The position numbers and the translations under genes are program-made. DNA of 64,000 nt from a virus: positions 17,404-81,403 of IMG/VR virus record IMGVR_UViG_3300032293_001310. One strand, given 5' to 3'. How positions within the stretch are numbered: the first letter of the stretch is position 1; each line of letters starts with the position of its first letter. A model generated the notes under the pieces. It ran no database searches. It was not told the origin of the DNA and was given only the letters and a program-made list of their open reading frames with translations. This document shows positions 19,767-30,083 of the stretch, piece after piece.

Positions 19767-21932
19767 ATGGCCGACAACACATTTTTAGCCCCATTATCGC
19801 CGATACAAAGAAGTACACCTTCTGATCGGTTGCTCACGTTTCAAAAAAACGAAAGGAGCATATATAATAAGTTTAGTCCATACGATCAAGCGGGTGGAGA
19901 CATAGGGCCAAATCAGCCATATATATACACCAAACTTACTGATTCAAATTTTCAAAAGAGTTTAACGCGGTATGATACACCAGCATTTCCTGTAGGATCT
20001 ACTGTTAGAGATGTCATAAGAATGACAAAATTTTCGGTTAGCGGTACTGGATTATTATATGCAGGAAAACAACTTCTACTTCAACAGCAAAATGCATTTA
20101 ATGAAACTAGAGTATATAATCCATTAAGTTTGTTGAAAGCAACCGCTCGACCGGGTTCACTTGGACTAATTGATTATCCACAAAGACATTTGGAGACAAG
20201 TGGCGGCTTATTGAATTTTTTTAAAGACGCATTATATAGCACACTTGGAATTCAGTCAAAAGATACCACAAATGCACCGATAGAAGGAACAGCGACTGGT
20301 GCACAGGGAGGACTTGCTTATTCTCAATATGCCGGAAAACATGGCGGTGCTCGTGCTGGTTTGTTACGATACAAAACTGCGACATCTGCGATGGCTACAT
20401 TTGATACATTTTGGGTAAGTAGTAATACTTCCGGTGGTTCTAGTGGAGGATTTTTGGAAAATCTAGCAAAAGGATTTTTAAACAAACTAAAAAGTCTAAT
20501 ACCCAGCACTAATCCGATGGGAGCATTTGGTGGGAATACGGGAACAAAATGGGAATTCAGACCAGAATATGGTACGAATTTAAAAGGTATATACTATAAA
20601 TTTCTTGCAGATGGCAATAAGAACTTATCCGTGAATATCTGGCCCGCTCCCGAATTCCGCAACGGAAAAGTGTATGATGCGCAGATAACACGAAAAAACG
20701 TAACAGCGTTTCATAAATACTCGCCAGAAGAATCCACAAAAATAAGTCCGGCAAACCCATTAGTGATTGATAATGGATATGCAAGCAATCGAGACATAGC
20801 GCAGAATCGCGTTGGTGAACTTGGAAACAACATACTTGATAAGTATAAAAAAATGATGGATGCGGTGGAAAAGTTTGATATTAATAATCCAATTCAACTT
20901 AGAGTATCGACTGAGAGATATTGGAATGAAACACAAGATTCAAATGGTGTATTATATTCTTCATATCAAAGTATACCAAACCAAGGCGATGTAAACAACA
21001 CATTTTCAGGCAAAATGGTTGACACCACTAGTGTAGAAAAACGAAAATTTGCAGTAGCATCCAAATACAGTGATATTAAATCCGGAAAAACATCGACGAA
21101 TTCTGGAGACACGTATAATGCCAGTAACGTAATATCTATAAAAGGCAGCAGCAATTCTTCAAAGAAGGGTCAGGACATAGATCCTATAAAAGGAATAGGA
21201 AACGATTCGACGGATATAATATTCTTTTATTTTTACGATTTAATCAACGAAGTATTTATTCCATTCAGAGCAACTCTTGGATCTATTACAGATCAAAATA
21301 GTCCAGAATGGGAAGATGTAAAATACATGGGTCGAGCAGATAGACTCTTTATATACAGAGGATTTAGTAGAGATGTGAGTTTTAATTTTAAAGTTTATGC
21401 AAACAGTATAAAAGAATTAATACCTATGTGGGAAAGAGTAAATTATTTGGTAGGATTGACCAGACCTAGCAAATATACAGACAGAGCGGTTGTTACCGAC
21501 GAAGAAACTATAAATAGACGAGAAAGTATACAACAAAATCTAGAACTAGCACAACTTACGGGAGATCAAGGAAATATAGATAATTTATCTACGGACTTGA
21601 GCACTTTGAATACAACCGGACGAGAAAGTGGATTTATATATCCTCCGATGATAGAATTCAGAATTGGAGATCTGTATGTAGACCAACCCGCAGTATTAAG
21701 TAGTGTTAGTGTTACTATACCCGACGATGCGCAGTGGGAAATGCTTCGCGCCGACGAGTATCAATATAACTTTGGTGGCCCAGATAAAATAATAAAAACT
21801 GCCGCAATGTCTAGGCAACTGCCAAACATAATCGACGTTTCCGTACAATTGCGAATGCTTGAAAAATCTAGATCATTGACTTCAAATTATCATTTTGGAC
21901 CAAGTGTAACAACCGGATGGAAGTCCTTATAA
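19767..21932 (+). CDS. Baseplate/tail-tube initiator-like structural protein
   Basis: FRATLGSITD..SPEW..VKYMGRAD..FIYRGFSRDVSFNF and PP.I.FRIGDLY motifs; follows the tape measure gene. Confidence 0.65.
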   Translation: MADNTFLAPLSPIQRSTPSDRLLTFQKNERSIYNKFSPYDQAGGDIGPNQPYIYTKLTDSNFQKSLTRYDTPAFPVGSTVRDVIRMTKFSVSGTGLLYAGKQLLLQQQNAFNETRVYNPLSLLKATARPGSLGLIDYPQRHLETSGGLLNFFKDALYSTLGIQSKDTTNAPIEGTATGAQGGLAYSQYAGKHGGARAGLLRYKTATSAMATFDTFWVSSNTSGGSSGGFLENLAKGFLNKLKSLIPSTNPMGAFGGNTGTKWEFRPEYGTNLKGIYYKFLADGNKNLSVNIWPAPEFRNGKVYDAQITRKNVTAFHKYSPEESTKISPANPLVIDNGYASNRDIAQNRVGELGNNILDKYKKMMDAVEKFDINNPIQLRVSTERYWNETQDSNGVLYSSYQSIPNQGDVNNTFSGKMVDTTSVEKRKFAVASKYSDIKSGKTSTNSGDTYNASNVISIKGSSNSSKKGQDIDPIKGIGNDSTDIIFFYFYDLINEVFIPFRATLGSITDQNSPEWEDVKYMGRADRLFIYRGFSRDVSFNFKVYANSIKELIPMWERVNYLVGLTRPSKYTDRAVVTDEETINRRESIQQNLELAQLTGDQGNIDNLSTDLSTLNTTGRESGFIYPPMIEFRIGDLYVDQPAVLSSVSVTIPDDAQWEMLRADEYQYNFGGPDKIIKTAAMSRQLPNIIDVSVQLRMLEKSRSLTSNYHFGPSVTTGWKSL

Positions 21933-21934
21933 CT

Positions 21935-22237
21935 ATGAACAGATATCTTCAATCAGATGCCAGTGTGTTTAAACGCTATGATGGTAAAAGGGTATTCAGA
22001 ACAACCAGATATCCAAAAATACCTATCGCGATCAATGATATATATATAGTCGCTAATGATACGGATTATCTTGACAGCCTTGCGTATAAGTTTTATAATG
22101 ATGATAGTTTGTGGTGGATTATCGCTCAAGCCAACGGAATAAAGGCTACGTTAAAAGCACCAACTGGAAAACAAATAAGAATTCCACAAAATATAGAAAA
22201 TATTGTACAAAGATTCAGAAGAGAAAATAATACATAA
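21935..22237 (+). CDS. LysM-like baseplate wedge protein (gp53/tail X-like)
   Basis: DYLDSLAYKFYNDDSLWWIIAQANGI...QIRIP. Confidence 0.8.
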   Translation: MNRYLQSDASVFKRYDGKRVFRTTRYPKIPIAINDIYIVANDTDYLDSLAYKFYNDDSLWWIIAQANGIKATLKAPTGKQIRIPQNIENIVQRFRRENNT

Positions 22238-22242
22238 TCGTT

Positions 22243-24588
22243 ATGAGTGATATCGTCACAGTAGTACCGTGGGGCTTACATCCGTTGTCTTCTTGGGTAT
22301 TAGAAGAACTAAACAGAAGATCAAATGAGTATGGTCAAAATCCAAACATATCGGAGGACAACCCATATAGTGGACCAAAAACTGCGTGGGTACGAGTCTT
22401 TTCAAATGGAATATCAAAACATCCAGAAGCAAACAACATGGACGGATTTGTTCTCGGAGGAACTTATGGATTCAACGAAAGTTACGGATTTAATCTAGAC
22501 GAAAAAATAACAATCGGAGTCGATGCCAAAGGAAATCCGCATAAAATATCAAAAGACACATCAAATACTCTTGACATATACAAAAAGCCAGTTTCTAGAA
22601 AAGATTTCCCGCATCGCCCTCCACCCAGTTTAGAATCCATATCGGTAGAATCTGGTGCAACCAGTCAGACATTTCCCGGATTGTGCAGAAAAATAACAAT
22701 AAATTGGAAATGTCATTCTCTTGCACAACTTAATTACATGACTCCGTATTTTTTGACTCCACGGATAACTTGTCTAGTAGAATGGGGATGGAATCATTAC
22801 GACACAAATGCCTTGGTGGATTTGACCGACTTGGACTGGATAAACAGCATGTTTGTTGATCCAAGTTATACTCTAAAATACATAAAAGAGTCGAACGGAA
22901 ATTATGACGCGGGGCTAGGCTTTATCGTGGATTATGGATATAAAATGAATGATTACGGCGGATATGATTGTCATACCACCATAATAAACGCCAACAGTTT
23001 GTTGGCGGGTGAACAAATAAACAACAAAGAAGTTACTGTAAAACAAGGCAATGTACAATTACCAGTAAAGAGTTTTAGAGAGTTTGTAAAAAAAGATATT
23101 GAAAATATTGATTTGGACGCAAAAGAATATGTTGAAATGCGAAGACGATACAACTTAACCGGAAACATAAAAGAAAAAGTTTTTAGAGTTTCTAAAGTAT
23201 CATCTGGATCGAGTAAGAACGCAGAAGCAATGTGGCTAAGAATGGATCTGGTACAAGACATAATAAATGCGTTTTTTCAAATAACGATGGAAGATCCAAA
23301 AACCGCTACCATAAGAAATTTTGATATAATGCAAACACGAATGGCGGCAAATCCATTCTTGAAATCTGCAAACGAAAATGTATTGGTACCGAATCAATAT
23401 GCACCAAGATTCACATACGAAGAAACATCGAATGTGGCACCAAGTGCAATACCAGAAAATAGTGAATATAATTTGTTATTTAAAGACAAGATTGAAATTA
23501 TATCAAAAAATTACGAAGGAATATCAAATAAGTTTGATAACTTGAAAGAAGTAATAAACAAGGGGGGAGATTCGTTTCCTGTATACTCTCCCATAAATTT
23601 ATATGATTCGGAAGGAAAACTTGCGCAGAAGTTGAGTTCTGGATATTGGGGTAATTTACGGGATCTTTTTATAAACGTAAAATATATTAAAAAGATTGTA
23701 GAAAACAACGATTCCGTTGTAAAAATGATCGAGCAATTGTTACAAGGAATCAATGAAGCCTTGTGTCAAATATGCCAATTGAAGATGATACCCGCAGAGT
23801 ATGGAAATTCTAAATATTCGGTGTATGATCAAAATCTACCGGGAATAACTAGAAGTAATGACGCGGAAAGACTTCCCAGAATAACTCTCGGCGCGGTAGA
23901 GTCTTCGTATATAATGTCTGCAACTTTTGATGTAAAATTGAGTCAGGAAATGATGAATCAATTGGTGATGCAAAGCACAAATCCAGAAAAAGACCTCGAT
24001 GGATCTACACAAACAACGAACGTCAAGGAAAAGCCGATAATAAGCAGATATTCGGCTGGAGATAGGCTTTATAGAAAAGGAGAATTAAAAACCATCACAG
24101 ACTCGTCCGCCGCGCCGGGATCGCAATCTCCGGAAGAAAAAAAGAAGCAAGCCGAAATGCAAAGAAAAAAGGAAGAAGAACGCCGAAAAGAAGAAGAAAT
24201 ACAGAGAAAGAAAAAACGACAAATTAGAGGAGAAAACAATAAAGATACATTCTTGGTCTATTATGAAGTCAATAAACAAAATCCAGACATTGTAAACAAA
24301 TACTTTTTATGCGAAAAGAATAAAGACTTTTTAAATTACGTGTTGACCTTACCGAATAAATCTGCACCTTATTTGAATAATGGAATAATGCCCGGAACGA
24401 CTTTGACTATAGAACTACTGGGAATTGCGGGAATTGACTATCTGTCGCAATTTACAATAGATCACGCTCCAGAAGCATACAATTTTACATCCGCTGTGTG
24501 GCAAGTGTCCGATATAAAACAAAACGTAAGCGATAAAAAGTGGATAACAACAATAACAGCCGAAGTAAGACCTCTCACAATATTATGA
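22243..24588 (+). CDS. Probable baseplate hub protein
   Basis: 781 aa in the baseplate module; LVEWGW and C-terminal LTIELLGIAG...WQVSDIKQNV..W.TTITAE hub-like beta motifs. Confidence 0.6.
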   Translation: MSDIVTVVPWGLHPLSSWVLEELNRRSNEYGQNPNISEDNPYSGPKTAWVRVFSNGISKHPEANNMDGFVLGGTYGFNESYGFNLDEKITIGVDAKGNPHKISKDTSNTLDIYKKPVSRKDFPHRPPPSLESISVESGATSQTFPGLCRKITINWKCHSLAQLNYMTPYFLTPRITCLVEWGWNHYDTNALVDLTDLDWINSMFVDPSYTLKYIKESNGNYDAGLGFIVDYGYKMNDYGGYDCHTTIINANSLLAGEQINNKEVTVKQGNVQLPVKSFREFVKKDIENIDLDAKEYVEMRRRYNLTGNIKEKVFRVSKVSSGSSKNAEAMWLRMDLVQDIINAFFQITMEDPKTATIRNFDIMQTRMAANPFLKSANENVLVPNQYAPRFTYEETSNVAPSAIPENSEYNLLFKDKIEIISKNYEGISNKFDNLKEVINKGGDSFPVYSPINLYDSEGKLAQKLSSGYWGNLRDLFINVKYIKKIVENNDSVVKMIEQLLQGINEALCQICQLKMIPAEYGNSKYSVYDQNLPGITRSNDAERLPRITLGAVESSYIMSATFDVKLSQEMMNQLVMQSTNPEKDLDGSTQTTNVKEKPIISRYSAGDRLYRKGELKTITDSSAAPGSQSPEEKKKQAEMQRKKEEERRKEEEIQRKKKRQIRGENNKDTFLVYYEVNKQNPDIVNKYFLCEKNKDFLNYVLTLPNKSAPYLNNGIMPGTTLTIELLGIAGIDYLSQFTIDHAPEAYNFTSAVWQVSDIKQNVSDKKWITTITAEVRPLTIL

Positions 24589-24974
24589 TATACAATGAGA
24601 CATTACCGATTCAATACGGAACATTTACCGAAATTGGTGCAACCACTAACATATTTATAAAAAAAACAACTCCATCAGCCGCCGACTATGCGCGGGGATA
24701 TGTAATTCGCACATTTGTTAAAAAAATAAACGAAAGTGTCATATACGAAATTGCGTATGTTGATAAGTCTACTATTAATGCAAATTTATATAAAACCGTA
24801 CAAGTCAATTGGAAAATTACTGGACCAAAAAATAACATACACAAAGGCAACATTCTTGACAAAGCGGGCGTCATTGATCAAAATACTTTTGAAATAGATA
24901 GAATAAAAAAAGAAGAAGGTGTGGATTTATCTTCTGTGCTGGCAAACAAACTCGAATACTGGCGAGGCAACTAA
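24585..24974 (+). CDS. Conserved hypothetical protein
   Basis: ATGA overlap with the previous stop; PSAADYARGYVIRTFVKK and WKITGP motifs. Confidence 0.65.
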   Translation: MIYNETLPIQYGTFTEIGATTNIFIKKTTPSAADYARGYVIRTFVKKINESVIYEIAYVDKSTINANLYKTVQVNWKITGPKNNIHKGNILDKAGVIDQNTFEIDRIKKEEGVDLSSVLANKLEYWRGN

Positions 24975-24980
24975 AATAAG

Positions 24981-25008
24981 TTGACATTGTTCGCAAATAT
25001 GCCATATT
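24981..25008 (+). promoter_or_regulatory. Sigma70-like promoter, leaderless start
   Basis: TTGACA-N16-CATATT; GTG start 7 nt downstream. Confidence 0.55.
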
Positions 25009-25014
25009 GCTCAT

Positions 25015-26382
25015 GTGCATATTGTAGAAACAACCGAAGACTATAACAACCTGTGTTCAATCATAAACTCTGAACACGTTTATATCAGTGCTGTTTGTTT
25101 GGATAATCAAAAGCATGTGTCCAACAACAACATATCACTGATATTCTTCTACTTTTATGTCAGCGACGACTATTGGTGTTTGCCTATAGACCACAACGAG
25201 TGTATCTGCTTGGATAATAGTCTTGAGAACATCAAGGTCGTATTGCGTAATGCCAAGTTCCATAACAAGATAGTTTCAGACAAGAAGAATATTGTTCAGT
25301 TGTTTAGCGAGGATTATAACTTCATAGACATAGATGTGTTTAGATTTCTTGAGAATGGCCAACTGCCGTCTGAAGTTGAGACGACTAACTCGCACAGTTT
25401 CATTGATTTTCATTTCAAGAATATGTTTGATTTGAACAAGTGTGTGCCGGTATATAAGCACGCCAAAGTATTCACAGATAATGTTCAGAAGATAAAGAAC
25501 ATATACTTGTCTAATATTCGCGAGAAGGGATTTGTATTCACCAACAATGTTATGACTGACTTGTTTGCCAAGTTAGAGTCAAATGGGTTGTGCGTGAATG
25601 AAGATTTTACTGATATTTTCGGCGAGGAACAAAATCGCCATATCAAGAACAATCTTGTATTCTCTCAATACAACCTGCTTACATCAACTGGTAGACCTTC
25701 TAATAGATTTGGCGGCGTCAATTATGCTGCTCTAAACAAAAATGATGGCAGCAGAAACTGCTTTGTAAGCAGATATGGCGACGATGGTATGCTTGTGATG
25801 ATGGACTATAATGCTTTTCATCCTCGTCTTATTGCTCACTTATCCAACTTCCAAATGGACGCCGCTGAAAATCCATACGCATATCTATCCAAGTATTATT
25901 TCAACAAGTCCAATATAACCGACGAAGATATTGCCGTCGCTAAAGGATTTACATTTACACAGATATATGGTGGTATTGATAAGAAGTGGATACATATTCC
26001 ATATCTAAAGAAGGTCCAAGAATATATTGACCATCGCTGGAAGTTCTTTGAGGAGAATGGATATATAGAAACGCCAAAGTATGGCAGAAAAATCAAACAT
26101 TGTCATATTCAAGACCCCACTCCCAACAAACTATTCAACTATATACTACAGGCATTTGAGACAGAAATGGCAGTAGATGTGCTTGGCGAACTAATGAACT
26201 ATCTAAGCGATAAACGAACCAAGCCGGTGCTATATACATACGATAGCATATTGTTTGATGCTCATAAAAGCGATAAGATGCCTGTTATAAAAAGAATAAA
26301 GAGCATAATGGAACGCGACAAGTTTCCGGTAAAAGTGTATGCAGGCAAGAATTATGGTGATATGAAACAGATTGCTCTATAA
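25015..26382 (+). CDS. Divergent family A DNA polymerase
   Basis: TSTGRPSN, motif A DYNAFHPR, motif B AKGFTFTQIYG, NYILQ, motif C YDS. Confidence 0.8.
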   Translation: MHIVETTEDYNNLCSIINSEHVYISAVCLDNQKHVSNNNISLIFFYFYVSDDYWCLPIDHNECICLDNSLENIKVVLRNAKFHNKIVSDKKNIVQLFSEDYNFIDIDVFRFLENGQLPSEVETTNSHSFIDFHFKNMFDLNKCVPVYKHAKVFTDNVQKIKNIYLSNIREKGFVFTNNVMTDLFAKLESNGLCVNEDFTDIFGEEQNRHIKNNLVFSQYNLLTSTGRPSNRFGGVNYAALNKNDGSRNCFVSRYGDDGMLVMMDYNAFHPRLIAHLSNFQMDAAENPYAYLSKYYFNKSNITDEDIAVAKGFTFTQIYGGIDKKWIHIPYLKKVQEYIDHRWKFFEENGYIETPKYGRKIKHCHIQDPTPNKLFNYILQAFETEMAVDVLGELMNYLSDKRTKPVLYTYDSILFDAHKSDKMPVIKRIKSIMERDKFPVKVYAGKNYGDMKQIAL

Positions 26383-26457
26383 TATTTATAATAAGCGTAT
26401 AACTCATATATACGAATATTTATATATTATGGAAAATTTGATGATTATAGTCACCGT

Positions 26458-27324
26458 ATGAAAAATATTTCTGATTTGATTGATTATGTAATTTCGGAGG
26501 CATCGTTGGATGCTAGAATATCCGACGGTATGCTGAACCTCAGTAATACTGAGCATATAGAAGTTGTAGCAGAAACAATGCATAAAATATGCGACGATGA
26601 CCAGTTGGTAACAGAATTCATAAAAACCATTTTGAACGAAGGGAAATATCCAGACCGTCAGGCATATAATAAAGAGGGTTGGTTGGTTACGTTTCCATCC
26701 AAAGAGTATCGTGACGCGGCAATAAAAAAGGGAACACATGCCATATCAGACCCAACTCATGGTAGAGGTGGAATGAACTTGTACTATAAACGTAGGGGGA
26801 AACAGAAACGCCAAACTCAGCAAGCAACCACGGCGGTACAACCTCAAACTCAGCCGCAGAAAGCGCCAACTGGATCGTCCACATCGACAGGAGATGTAAC
26901 AGCGACAACAGGACCAGACGCGCCAGTTGATCAACCTACCACACCTTCTAGTGCAGGTAAATCGGAAGTACCAGCAACCCCCGTCGGTCAACCGCCAAAA
27001 ACACCAGAGAAAGTGCCCGCTATTACCCAGCCATCACCAACAGTCTCTTCCGAAAAACCAGATGATACTTCTACACCGGAAGCACCAAAACCGGTCGATG
27101 TGCCCGCCGTAGATGTTCCTGTAGTAACAACTCCACCGGAACAATATTCTTCTATATCGAAGAAATTCGCGGACAAAAAAGGATGGAAAGCGGAACCATA
27201 TGGCGAATATAGAGACGCCGAAGGTAATACTGTAGCCGTAGTTGGATTGAGCGGAGAAGTTGTTCCCGTTAAGAGTGTTGACAGAGATGAATATAAACTC
27301 TTTGCAGAAAAGAACATGATGTAA
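26458..27324 (+). CDS. Hypothetical protein with Pro/Thr-rich linker
   Basis: 288-aa ORF preceded by TATTTATA boxes. Confidence 0.7.
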   Translation: MKNISDLIDYVISEASLDARISDGMLNLSNTEHIEVVAETMHKICDDDQLVTEFIKTILNEGKYPDRQAYNKEGWLVTFPSKEYRDAAIKKGTHAISDPTHGRGGMNLYYKRRGKQKRQTQQATTAVQPQTQPQKAPTGSSTSTGDVTATTGPDAPVDQPTTPSSAGKSEVPATPVGQPPKTPEKVPAITQPSPTVSSEKPDDTSTPEAPKPVDVPAVDVPVVTTPPEQYSSISKKFADKKGWKAEPYGEYRDAEGNTVAVVGLSGEVVPVKSVDRDEYKLFAEKNMM

Positions 27325-27325
27325 T

Positions 27326-27724
27326 ATGGCAGGCAGCAACGCACAACTTCTTTGTACTTTCGCAAAGTATAATACATATCAAACCGAAATAGATGCGTTG
27401 TCCGAGTATTACAACATACTTGAAAAGAAAGTGTATGTATTACAAAACGTCGCCAACAAGGACGAAATATTTCTGACATATAATGCCGAAAAGAACGGCA
27501 GTCAGTTTTATACCAATACAATTTCAGTTCATCGTAAAAAAGAACATAATATTATATACAGCATCAATGCTCTGAATGAACTCATAAAAGAGCAGAATAA
27601 TGGTATAGTATCAAATACATTTCAGATAAACTGGGAACAATATAAGAATTCGTTTATTACTGCCAGAGAAGGCAAAGTAAAAGTCACGCCAACACGGCTG
27701 ATGAAGATTTATCAGATAAGTTAA
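27326..27724 (+). CDS. Conserved hypothetical phage protein
   Basis: QLLCTF, TISVHRKKE..IYSINALNELI motifs; upstream of the SSB gene. Confidence 0.7.
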   Translation: MAGSNAQLLCTFAKYNTYQTEIDALSEYYNILEKKVYVLQNVANKDEIFLTYNAEKNGSQFYTNTISVHRKKEHNIIYSINALNELIKEQNNGIVSNTFQINWEQYKNSFITAREGKVKVTPTRLMKIYQIS

Positions 27725-27909
27725 GCATAAACTTTCTTTAGTTTATAGTTATAGATACTTAACGAATGACTGATTAACCATTGAAAAAATAGCCAACGGC
27801 TTATTATAGATTGACGATTATCATTTATTGAGTCATAGTATTCAACATTGACCGAGTTGAGTACTTTCAAATTGGTCAAAACACATTAACAATTAACGAA
27901 TAAATAATT

Positions 27910-28734
27910 ATGTCATTAGACCTTAACAAAATTAAGTCGCGTCTTGATTCGCTCAAGAGCACACAAAACAAGACCACCGCTGTGTGGAAGCCAACACCGG
28001 GCAAAAACGTAATCCGAATCGTTCCTTATGCTCACAATCCTGAAAATCCGTTCATTGAACTGCTTTTCCATTACAACATGAACGGTAAGACATATCTGTC
28101 TCCTGCTTCATTCGGTCGTCCCGATCCTATCGTCGAGTTTGCCAATAAACTCAAGAAGAGCGGAGACAAGGAAGAGTGGAAGACTGGTCGCTCGCTCGAG
28201 CCCAAGCTTCGTACATATGTACCTGTTCTCGTTCGTGGAGCAGAACACGAAGGTGTGAAGTTCTGGGGTATGGGCAAGCAGGTTTATCAGGAAATTTTGA
28301 GTATCATTGCTGATGCCGACTATGGCGATATTACTGATCTGCGTGCAGGTCGTGACATCGTTGTAGAATTCAAGACTGCGGAAGAGACCGGAAAGTCGTT
28401 CCCAGAAACCACTATTCGCGTAAAGCCAAATCAGACTCCCGCGTTTGATCCTTCTGATGCTACCATCAAAGAGAAGGTCAAGAATCAGAAGAACGTCACA
28501 GAACTGTTCCCAGAACTGTCTTACGAAGAACTGGCCACTGTTATGGATACTTGGCTGAACTCCTCACAGGAGGCGGCTGAAGATGGTGAGACTGTTTCTG
28601 CCACTGCTGCTACCACTGAAGCAGAGCCAGCCGATGCTCCTGCACCAAAAAGTGCTACAACCAAGGCTGCTGTCAAGGCTCCATCTAACACAAAAGATAT
28701 TGCCGACGAATTCAACAATTTGTTCAACTCCTAA
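27910..28734 (+). CDS. Single-stranded DNA-binding protein (T4 gp32-like)
   Basis: WKP..G...IRIVP, DPIVEF, YGDITD...GRDI; acidic C-terminus ending DEFNNLFNS. Confidence 0.85.
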   Translation: MSLDLNKIKSRLDSLKSTQNKTTAVWKPTPGKNVIRIVPYAHNPENPFIELLFHYNMNGKTYLSPASFGRPDPIVEFANKLKKSGDKEEWKTGRSLEPKLRTYVPVLVRGAEHEGVKFWGMGKQVYQEILSIIADADYGDITDLRAGRDIVVEFKTAEETGKSFPETTIRVKPNQTPAFDPSDATIKEKVKNQKNVTELFPELSYEELATVMDTWLNSSQEAAEDGETVSATAATTEAEPADAPAPKSATTKAAVKAPSNTKDIADEFNNLFNS

Positions 28735-28820
28735 GTTGAACATAGTAGTAGAATAAATGATGAGAAGATGGTGCGCCAGATGGAGTACTGGCGCACCATT
28801 ACTCAAATATACTATCATAT

Positions 28821-30041
28821 ATGAAAAAGAAAACTATTGAACACGAGATTGAATCATCTCGCGATGAACTGGCAGAAGCATTGGCTGACTCCATCAACAA
28901 GAACAGCGACGGTAAAGTTGCTTTCTTCCTTGATGCAGAAGATGATCCTTCGCAAATTACTGACTGGGTTTCTACTGGAAATAGTCTCGTTGACTTGACT
29001 ATTGCCAATCGACCAAATGGTGGATTGCCTGTAGGAAGAATTACTGAACTAACTGGTCTTGAAGCATCTGGTAAGAGCCTTATGGGCGCGCACCTACTTG
29101 CTGAGACCCAGAAGAAGGGTGGACTGGCAGTATTCATCGACACAGAAACTTCCGTATCTACGGATTTTCTAACAGCCATTGGTGTAGACGTTCCAAAGAT
29201 GCTATATATCAATGTTGATACAGTAGAAGATGTTTTTGATAAGGTTGAAGAAATCATCACTCTTGTTCGCAAGAGCAGCAAGAATCGTCTTGTGACTATT
29301 CTGGTTGACTCTGTTGCCGCTGCTTCTACAAAGAAGGAATTGGCAAGCGATCACGGTGCGGACGGTTTTGCCACCGGCAAAGCCATTGCCATCAGCAAGG
29401 CGATGAGAAAGATTACAGGACTTATTGCCAAACAGCGTGTATGCCTGTGCTTTACCAATCAACTTCGCCAAAAGGTGGGATTTGTTGGACTTGGTGATCC
29501 TTGGACAACCAGCGGTGGTAAAGCAATTGCGTTTCACGCTTCGCTTCGCCTACGTCTAAAGCAGTTGAATCAAATCAAGAACTCTGATAAACAGACGGTT
29601 GGTATTCGTACCAAGTGCACTGTTGTCAAAAATCGTATGGGACCACCCATGCGAAGCGCTGAGTTTGACATCTACTTTGACCGAGGCATTGACAACTTCA
29701 GCAATTGGTTAGAACATCTCATTGAATGGGATATTGTAACTAATGCTAAGAAGCCAAAGATTGCAGGTGAAAAGAAGACAAAGAAACAGTTGGAAGAAGA
29801 AAAGGAAGAAGATAAGAAGGCAAAGAACCTACAATTCATTATGCCTGTCGAAGGCAAAGAACCCGAGACGGTTGTATTTGAAAAGAAGGACTTGCCTAAG
29901 TTGCTCAAAGACAGACCAGAGTGCAGAGACTATCTTTATAACAAACTTTGCGAAAATTTTGTTATGAAGTATAAGGCTCCAAACTCTGAAATGGCTGATG
30001 ACGTTGAATACGACGAAGCATCGGAAGGAGCAGACGACTAA
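28821..30041 (+). CDS. recA: RecA/UvsX recombinase
   Basis: GRITELTGLEASGKS Walker A, FIDTE, VDSVAA, NQLRQK, TTSGGKA, VKNRMGPP. Confidence 0.95.
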   Translation: MKKKTIEHEIESSRDELAEALADSINKNSDGKVAFFLDAEDDPSQITDWVSTGNSLVDLTIANRPNGGLPVGRITELTGLEASGKSLMGAHLLAETQKKGGLAVFIDTETSVSTDFLTAIGVDVPKMLYINVDTVEDVFDKVEEIITLVRKSSKNRLVTILVDSVAAASTKKELASDHGADGFATGKAIAISKAMRKITGLIAKQRVCLCFTNQLRQKVGFVGLGDPWTTSGGKAIAFHASLRLRLKQLNQIKNSDKQTVGIRTKCTVVKNRMGPPMRSAEFDIYFDRGIDNFSNWLEHLIEWDIVTNAKKPKIAGEKKTKKQLEEEKEEDKKAKNLQFIMPVEGKEPETVVFEKKDLPKLLKDRPECRDYLYNKLCENFVMKYKAPNSEMADDVEYDEASEGADD

Positions 30042-30083
30042 AATGATCGTGTGGAGTGAAATACCTTCACACGGTCCATATAA

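Noticed and set aside
29740-29830. Possible intein or insertion element in RecA
   Set aside because: Short Lys/Glu-rich loop with no intein splice motifs; none seen in PolB, helicase or NrdA either
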